A DNA stretch of 64,000 nt from Octopus sinensis (Eukaryota). The stretch lies in the NCBI RefSeq assembly GCF_006345805.1, contig NC_042998.1, positions 61,070,001-61,134,000 on the forward strand. Direction: 5' to 3'. Below the pieces are notes generated by a model, which ran no database searches, was not told where the DNA came from, and saw only the letters and a program-made list of their open reading frames with translations. This document shows, in pieces, positions 55,143 through 64,000 of the stretch. A program made the translations under genes and the position numbers. Numbering within the stretch: the first letter of the stretch is position 1; the number at the start of each line of letters is the position of its first letter.

Positions 55143-55732
55143 TTGGAATAATGAAGGGCAAAGATGACTCGGTTTTTTTAATGTAAAGAGATATGATTAA
55201 ATGCAAGTTTCTAAGATAAACCTCAGTTATTTTGTAAGGTGATATTGACGTGTTTCAGATAACCTGGTTTTCGGGATTTCTTTCTGATTTTTAAACCATA
55301 GTCCCAGTGTCCCGAAGCAATATTTCCAGACGGTCATTTGTCTCGTTTTGTTTTTCTTTTTTTTTTTTTAATTTTATTCTAATTTCAAAAATAAGTTTTC
55401 GTATTTTCCTGCTTTTTTTTAAGTGCTTTTAAACATTTTTGCTCTCTACCAATCTACTATAGTCTGACGAATGAAACCAGATTGGATATTCTGAGAATCA
55501 AAGCTATTGCTTTGCATCTTTTATGTTTCAAATGTAATCATTGTTTGGAATTCAATGGATTCACTAAAAATAAAAAGGAAGTATTGGAAAAAGCAGAAAC
55601 ATTGTAACTATGGATGTATGTATGTGCTTACACACACATACACACATTACTCACGCACATGCGCACACACAAGCACACACACACACACACACTCATACAC
55701 GCACACACGCATACACACACATACACACACAC

Positions 55733-56115
55733 AGGCGCAGGCGTGGCTATGTGGTGAGAAGTTTGCAGCCCAACCACATGGTTCCGGGTTCAGTCTCATT
55801 GCATGGCACCGTGGGCAGGTTCTTCTATAGCCTCAAGCTTGGTAGACAGAAACTGAACGAAGCCTGTCAAATGTGTGTGTGTGCATGCATGTGTGTGTGT
55901 CTGTCTGTGTGTGTTTTTGTGTCTGTATTTGCACCACACGACTGCTTGACAACCGGTGTTGGTATGCTTACGTCCCCTTAACTTAGCAATTCAGTAAAAA
56001 AGACCGATGGAATAAGAACCAGACTTAAAAATAAATACTTGAGTCGATTCGTTCGATTGAAATTCTCCAATGTTGTGGCCAAGCATAACCACAGTCTAAT
56101 GTCTGAAACAATTCA
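55733..56115 (+). mobile_element. CORE-type SINE with internal (TG)n
   Basis: GGCGCAGGCGTGGCTATGTGG, GGTTCCGGGTTCAGTC, GGCACCGTGGGCAGG, tail GACAACCGGTGTTGG..CTGAAACAA. Confidence 0.8.
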
Positions 56116-56162
<47 letters not shown>

Positions 56163-56164
<2 letters not shown>

Positions 56165-56335
56165 TTCGCCCACATCGGGATCTTTCTTCTTTCTTCCTTC
56201 TCTTATGTTTCCGACGAAGAGCTCCGCTCGAAACGTCATACCTTCCTTCTTCCATTTTCCTGAGCGCCTAATAATAATAATACTGTAATTATTCCACGTG
56301 TTGTTGTTTTTTCTGTTTTCCGTTTGGATTAACCT
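56163..56335 (+). mobile_element. ~170-bp module between (TA)n tracts with hammerhead-like motif (56205-56242)
   Basis: CCGACGA-A-GAGC-TCC-GCTC-GAAA-CGTC: core with U4C, perfect stem II, GUC triplet, weak stem I. Confidence 0.55.
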
Positions 56336-57110
56336 ATATATATATATATATACAGTTGCGGCCAAAATGTTCAGAACGGCATTGTTTTCGTCAGAAAAGT
56401 AGTTATAAGTTTTTGTCAAAGTTGTTTTATATTCTATAATTTTCACAGACAATAAATATAATATCAATTGTTATTTTCTGAGATTTTGGTGTAATTTGAG
56501 AGTATAATACAAAAGTTATGGATGATTTAGTGATTTACTGCAAAACACGCTTATTCCTATTTACTACAGATATAGCTCCACATATAACATTACTTGTAAC
56601 TCACATAGGCAAAAGAAGGAAAATAACGAAAACAAACAGTCTTCGGTCAGTTGTGGACGCGTTTCCGGGTTAGAATTATAAAGAACTCATTCCCGTCATC
56701 AGCACAACAATCCAATAAATTATAGATTTGCAAATGCTATTTACCGACCTGTTGCATCCCGATCTCGCGCCATCGGAGATAGCAGAAGATAGTCAGCACA
56801 TCCAAATCCATATAGACGAATGAATTCGTACTTTCCCTCCAAGATTACCATGTGTGTCACAAAATAGTACCGCAGAAAGAGAACTGCGGTTTCTTATAAG
56901 TGAATGAAAAATTTGATAAGATCGATATTTAAAAATTGATATTATCCTTATTTATAAATTTATATAATTCGTCATTGTATTCACTGCGGTGTTTATTTTT
57001 ACCATATCGCGCTTGGAGATGTTGGCGGGCAATTTAAGCTAGTCTTGTACATACGTGCATATATATGTATGTATGAGCGTTCGTATATGTAAGTATAACG
57101 TATGTTCTGT

Positions 57111-57180
<70 letters not shown>

Positions 57181-57192
57181 CTTGACTGGTAT

Positions 57193-57251
57193 ATTCAACT
57201 GAAGAAGGCTGAGCTTCTCTGAAGCAAACCCAGAAATCCAGGATCTTGAAT
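57193..57251 (+). ncRNA. Type I hammerhead-like motif with long stem II
   Basis: ATTCAA-CTGAAGA-AGGCTGA-GCTTC-TCT-GAAGC-AAACCCA-GAAA-TCCAGGATC-TTGAAT: 6-bp stem I, canonical core, ATCC/GGAT stem III, AUC triplet. Confidence 0.55.
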
Positions 57252-57398
57252 TATCCAGTAACGTCTTTTTTGCTATAATTTTCTCTCTGTTTTCTCTCCC
57301 GGCACGATATGAACATTTAAGGTGGTTTTACGGTCAGGGTTTTGACTGCTATTTCAGCATGATGGTATCTCTCAGATACCCAAATTTATAGTTTTATG

Positions 57399-57479
<81 letters not shown>

Positions 57480-57509
57480 TGTATGTATGTATGTATGTAT
57501 GTATGTATG

Positions 57510-57570
<61 letters not shown>

Positions 57571-58476
57571 AGTGATATATACATATGATTCATTATATAA
57601 AGATTTATGAATGCATAATAACGCTACGTTTACACATCTGTATACGCACGCGAACACACACATTAAAACACATACACACGCACACATACACACACACATA
57701 CACACACATGCAATAATGCAATAAGATGTATACAAAGTTGCAGTTTGTAAAAGAAAGAAAAATGTTTACTTAATTCCTTTGTCTTCATGCGGTAAGGTGT
57801 GTGTGTTGGGTACAAATTTGCTACTTAATGTGCCTCCGATAAATCAAATCTAACTTGACAAAGCTTAGAACACTCCAGAAAATTTATTTTTTGCAATTTA
57901 CATAGTAAAAACGTTCTTATGGGCTATTAATAATAGAATCGTTGTCTGTAACTGATGCAGCGTAACCATAAGTAAACAAACATCTTTCAATGCTATGAAG
58001 TCATTCGGTGTGTTTTCACACACATAATCTCTAGCAAAATACGGGTACAGTTACTACAGTGGAAAACCTTCCACATTTTACTGTGTACAAATGTGTTAAA
58101 TATAAATGTTCATATCTTTATTTTAAACATTGAAGCTAAAAGTAGCTTTAATTAATATGTACGTATATAAATACACGCACGCACACATAATATATATATA
58201 TATATATATATATGTGTGTTACATATATGTATATATAGATAGATATAGAAATAAATATAGCCAGCTGGAGGAGATGTTCTCCTGGGGCTACAAGCTACAG
58301 TAACACCCACCTTTTGTGGTTAGCAAATATGGCAAATATACCTCACATTATATATATATATTTATATGTATATATATACATATACACATGTATGTATGTA
58401 TGTATGTATGTATGTATGTATGTATGTATGTATGTATGTATGTATATATGTGTGTATGTATGTATGTATGTATGTG

Positions 58477-58680
58477 TGCAAGTCAGCGCTGCGACGACTA
58501 AGACACTCATGCTATTAAGGAAGCCTGCACAACGTACTCTACATGTAGATGAAGTTCCCCTGAAGAAGGTGAGGAAGTTCAGGCATCTCGGAAATGTTTT
58601 CACGGGTGATGGAGGGCAAGAGGCTCAATTAAGTGCAAGAATTGCAGCAGCTGGTGCTGTATTGCACCAACGTCAACGTT
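58477..58680 (+). mobile_element. RTE-type LINE RT fragment
   Basis: KTLMLLRKP..LHVDEVPLKKVRKFRHLGNVFTGDG..QLSARIAAAGAVL resembles the RTE post-catalytic KFKYLG region. Confidence 0.65.
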
Positions 58681-59083
58681 TGGTCATCAGTTTTATATAT
58701 CTTACTGGCATTTTTTGACAAAAATGCCAAAAAGATAGGTTGGTTCCTCTAGAATTCTTTATAAACTCTTAAATATATCTCCTGTGTATATATATACTAC
58801 CAAGAAAATATGATTTTTATTGAACTCCTAATAGTTTATGTTGAGTATCATCTTAAATACTTTCGTGTAAACTGTTTTTAACATTTTCTTATTATAATCG
58901 AAGTATGTATATATGTATTTTAATACTTTTGTGACAACCAGTACTTAACACAACAAAGCTTATACAAAGCTTTACATTTTACTTTTGACAATCTTTTTCT
59001 AAAAAAGTGAAACCGGTCAAGTGAATAAACATCTTTAAAATTGCATTTTCAAACCTTCTTTCAAACACACACACACATACACA

Positions 59084-59144
<61 letters not shown>

Positions 59145-59212
59145 AGTTAATCCAAACATTAAAACACACACATACACACACACACACACACACATACACA
59201 AACACAACACAC

Positions 59213-59250
<38 letters not shown>

Positions 59251-60650
59251 CAACGATTTCACCTTTTTATTTAAGATATTGTAATTTTTAGCACTAACAC
59301 ATTGCAATTTTATTTCAGTTTTTCTGAATTTCAAGAAGTTCAGTTGACACTTACAGTTTGAAATATCACATCTTTCGTTGCTGTCAACCTCATAAATTTT
59401 GTTTAGTATTTACACTTCTAGATTTTATATTTCCTTCAGGCAATTGTGTTTTCATATATAATATTCATGTGTATATATGTGTGTGTGTGTGTATGCACAT
59501 ATACTGATTTATTTCGACCTTTGCTTCAATTTATTTACGAATATCTTTTTATTCTTTACGTAACCACAAATTCCCATTGTTTAATTGTTTATGTTCCAAC
59601 TTTAACTTTTATATAAACCAAAACTTAACACTGATACACTGTTTTCATCGATTTTTCTCCTATCCGTTTCATGTATTTCTTTTATTATATTTGCAAAGAT
59701 GAGAGTTTTAGACAATTCAACAACAATTTAACACCATAATGTCCACTGCGAAGATATAGGAAAATACAGTTCGCGAAGCAGAAAACAAGAAACAGACAGA
59801 CGAAAAAGACATATCGCAAGGAAAGGCTGAGCTGCAGTGTCTGTTTTGCATAGGTAAAATAAAGAAAATTGCTTCAATGCATACGACAATTGATGAATCG
59901 GAAGAATCGGGTGAATCGAAAGATAAGACATACACGTGAGTCATGTTGCCTAGATGGACGCTAAATTTTCATTAAGGAATTTCATGCAGCTCAAAACCAA
60001 ATCCTATGTTGCATATGTGCTCTGGTATGTGCATATCAATTGCCAAGAACGTGTTAAGTATGTAAAATTGGTGGCGGTGCCCCAGCATGGCCACAGCTTA
60101 TAAGCTGAAACTAGATCAAATCAAATATCCAACTAAATTTAGTGGCTATTGAAGCAATGTGTTCGTAGACGTTTAATAGATTGATGTGATGTTGAAGAAG
60201 CAGCAAGAACTCTTGAAATATGCATATACACCCATTACCTATTTTTGTATCTTCAATCGCATTGCTTACCTAGACCTATTCACATACGAAATGTTGTACA
60301 TTCAGTGCTGGCTCTATTGTCTATGAATAATATCTAAAGATAACTTTACAAAAAGTGATTGAATCACACTACTAACAAAAGTGGGACACAGTATTGATTT
60401 CTAAGCCTTTAATATACCTGGTAGTATATTATGGTTGCATAACGACATACGGTGTCACTACCAACTATCAATATAATATGTATTTTACAAAATAGGCATT
60501 GAGTAATTCTTCAGTTTAGTATTGAATTATCATCACTATAAATTAACAACAAAACAGAAAAAGTGCGAAAGGTATTTGAGGACATACCTTTTGGGGGTCA
60601 TTGCTGCATTTTTTGCTGACTCTGTATAATTTTTGTTTCCGAAAATAATA

Positions 60651-61630
60651 ATGTCAGATCCTCAGCTTACACAAGAAATGAAGAGGCATGCTGTTATTGT
60701 GGTTATAAAGGCTGAGTATAGCGATTTAGAGATATTTCGATTTTTAAAAGTCTACAAAGTTTGTAAGGAGTTAGAGACTGAACGTATCACCAGTACCAAA
60801 GCATAAAAATCATTCTAAATGCTCTGAAATCATCAGAACACTTGAATTCAACAGACCATTGATTACAATCCCCAAAAGCCCATGAGGTCAATTGCAAAAG
60901 ATCTCCATATGTTAGAAGTAACAATCAGTAATGTTGTCCATGAAGACATCAGTCTTATATGATGAGGAAAGGTCAATTAGTCAGAAAAAGCAAGAGAAAA
61001 TTCCTACATCATATCTAAAAGGTTCTTAAACAAACTGAAAAATCTAGCAGAAAAAGATTTGATATGTTTTTTCTGAAATGTGAAAAACTTCGACCAAGAT
61101 CAAAACATTAACAGAAGAAATGGCAGGTGGTTATGTGCAGACCCTTCTGAAATTCTAAGTGTTATGCATACAAAATTTCCTACAACTGTCATTGTTTTAG
61201 GGGTTGTCAGCAATGAAGGACATCTGATGCCTCTTTACTGCTTTCCACAAGGCCTTAGAGTTAACTCTGCCGCCTACATTGAGGTCCGGGAAACAATTCT
61301 TAAGCCCTGTATAGACAGTGTATGCAATGTAAAGCCATGGGTTTCAATAAGACTCTGAGCTATTACACATAGCTCTGGTAACACAGGAATGGATGGCTGA
61401 AAATTTTCATGATCACATAACCCCTAACTTTTGATCTCCTAATTCCCCAGATCTCACTTCACCGGACTATTACACGAGGAGCGTTGTTGAGAAAGAGGTC
61501 AATGAACAGGCCCATAACACCAAAGATTCTTTGAAAGCTGCCATAGTCAGAGTAATGTCCAAAATAAACCATAAACACTTGATTCGAGCATGTAGATTAT
61601 TTATATCTCATATAGAAGCAGTTGTTGTGC
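60651..61630 (+). mobile_element. Tc1/mariner-superfamily (maT/DD37D-like) transposase pseudogene
   Basis: KNFDQDQNINRRNGRWL, HTKFPTTVIVLGVVSNEG, QGLRVNSAAYIEV, an SPNSPDL..DY-like segment and KDSLKAAIVRVM..HLIRAC. Many frameshifts. Confidence 0.8.
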
Positions 61631-62554
61631 AGTTAAGCATAAGTTCATACATGCATATGGGTTTCAAGTTTTGGTACAATTTCAAAAGAAGGGCAAAGGC
61701 GATTCAATCGACCCCAGTAATCAACTGGTACTTAATTTATCGAACACGAGTCGACACCGGCTCATTTAAACTCAATATATAAATATACACACACGCATAC
61801 ATACACACACGACGGGCTTCTGTACAACTCCTTTCTTCCGAATTCCACTCACAATACACTGGTCCTACTCAAACTTTTTTGCGTGACGCTTATAGTGGGC
61901 AGAAGAATCATCACTTGCCAATGCCTACCATTAGTCTACAACCATTGTTGTGCTTCAACAGAAGCCTATAGCAGAAGTCACATATGAAGGGATCAAACAA
62001 TAGGATCGAACTTGGAAGTGTAATGTTTCTAAGTGACATCTGTTATGTTTTAACAATCCAGTATGGCGATCAAAGATTAATATCCTAGGCAGAATATGAA
62101 ATCAGATCTCAAAGGGTCGTAACTAAATTGTTACTGAAGGCATACTGCCTGACACGCACCTCATTGGGCTATATACCGTCCTTATCGTATAATGATAGGT
62201 CAAGAGACTTGTTGGAAATTACTGTAAATTAAACATTAATAAACGTTAATGGGATTGAGTTTCGTGAGAATAACACGACTTCTAAAACAATTGCTAAAAG
62301 TAAGAATCGGTACAACCATTGTGTCCTGAGAGATTATTACTATTAATATAAACTAATGTAAATATATGTCACTGCATTGCGTCGGCTCAGTTATATCAGT
62401 CAATGAAAATCATTGTGATGCGGCGGCTATTTGTTGGAAAGTAGATACTGTACAGCATAAATGCAAACACTTATAAAACACAGGAAGAAGTTTATTCAAG
62501 TGAGTATAGGCGTATAACATATACATACATACATACATACATAAATACATACAT

Positions 62555-62665
<111 letters not shown>

Positions 62666-63000
62666 TATAATATATGTTATATATATACATATACATATAT
62701 ACACACATTTATGCATATATACATACATACATGTCTATGCATATATATATGTATGTATAGAGACAGGGAAAGGGGCAGATAAAGAGAGTAATGGTGAAAC
62801 AAAGAGATAGAGAAAAGAATAAGACAGATTGATTAGATATATTAATAAACAAAACCATTCTCTCTTTCTCCCTCTTATCTCTCCATGTGTGTGTGTATGT
62901 GTGTGTTTGTTAGGCTGTCTGTTTGTCTGTCTGTCTGTATGTATGTATGTTATGTATGTTGTATGTATGTATGTATTATGTATGTATGTATGTACATATA

Positions 63001-63212
63001 CGTGGGTGGGCTAAAAAGTTCCTGGCTTTAAGAGTATTGCGAAAGGGTGGAACTGTTACTTTTATAAGGAAGGTTGGACAAAAATTTAAAAGATATGCAA
63101 ACAATCATGATGGTACTACAATATATCTTTGTCTCTTTTTTTCAAATTTAATGCATGATGGATTTTGTGGTGGATTTTGGTAAGATTGAAGCACGGGCGG
63201 TCATGAAGTTCC
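63001..63212 (+). mobile_element. Mariner 5'-end fragment
   Basis: TA|CGTGGGTGGGCTAAAAAGTTCCTGG TIR-like start and a KIEARAVMKF reading. Confidence 0.55.
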
Positions 63213-63214
63213 AG

Positions 63215-63608
63215 GATAACATATGCAAGACACAAAAAAAAATTTAAAGAAAAAATGTAGCGATCGAGAAGGTGAATCTCGGTGACCTTTTTGTGTGCGC
63301 AGTTTGTGACAGACAATGCCTTTGTGGACCCATGAAAAACAAACCTCCAGTAAATATTCTGCCTATATATCTGTGCACACCTTTGAATGCCGTGTATGCT
63401 GTAAGGACTGCAAATCTAACGGAAGCTTCAAAAGACATTTTAAGATCCACAAAGGTCAGAACTTAACTGCAGCTCTTGGTGGTCCAAATCGGATGTGTGT
63501 GTGTCTTTTCAATACACTGTCTGGTTTAAAAAGTCACATCAGACTCCATGATGGATCTAAGTGTAGTACAAGAGGTGGGCAGATTCTGCATAAGGAGTAG
63601 ACAACCAC

Positions 63609-63635
<27 letters not shown>
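63215..63635 (+). mobile_element. 3' end of RTE-type LINE with three degenerate C2H2 zinc fingers and (CATA)n tail
   Basis: FVCAVCDRQCL, FECRVCCKDCKSNGSFKRHFKIH and LFNTLSGLKSHIRLH, then GGAGTAGACAACCAC followed by (CATA)n. Confidence 0.65.
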
Positions 63636-63655
<20 letters not shown>

Positions 63656-64000
63656 CACGGGAACGTGAAACTCCGAGTAACAGCTTTTGTTGGATTTCTG
63701 CTGCTTTTAAATAAAGTATATATATATATCAATATATATATGCGCGCGCGCGTGCTTTTGAATTATGTGTGTGTATGCGTCTTTCTACTAGTCCCCACGT
63801 CACTTGACAACTGGGGTTGGTTTGTTTAACTTAAGCTCTTGCGTGTAGTACCTGAAGCATGGCTGCAGTCCATCCCCTGAAACAAGTAAAAGTAATAATC
63901 TTTTCTTTATTGGCCCCAAGGGCCACAAAAGTAAAGGAAGTAATAAAAATAAAAATGCATATAACAAAATACCGCAAGGTTTTAACTCCGTCGCCTTGTT

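Noticed and set aside
60365-60400. Tc1-like TIR (CACTACTAACAAAAGTGGGACAC) as the left end of the maT element
   Set aside because: No matching inverted copy found downstream, so it cannot be assigned.

Overview
Gene-poor, AT-rich eukaryotic DNA with very many microsatellites. The repeat families and the (TA)n/(TACA)n/(GATA)n/(AAT)n tracts look like a coleoid cephalopod (Octopus-like) genome; this is inferred from repeat style, not from a database hit. I cannot support any host protein-coding gene, rRNA, true tRNA gene or CRISPR array. Almost all recognisable coding sequence is transposon-derived: five R4/Dong-like RLE LINE copies, each abutting (TAA)n; CR1/L2-group, RTE and Tx1/L1-like LINE fragments; two Penelope-like elements (PLEs, one Poseidon-type and one young Neptune-type) with inverted terminal repeats; mariner, maT/DD37D and Tigger/pogo remnants; foldback MITEs; and many tRNA-derived SINEs. 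The most notable signal the ORF track does not show is eight type I hammerhead-ribozyme-like motifs in five sequence families. They include a U3-A8 covariant core in the identical inverted ends of the Neptune element and a tRNA-head + (AAT)n + hammerhead module forming the ends of the Poseidon element. A ~550-bp non-coding element inserted twice into (AAT)n, between R4/Dong fragments, is a candidate non-autonomous partner of those LINEs. All alignments and translations were done by eye, so coordinates are approximate to a few bases unless a junction is quoted.
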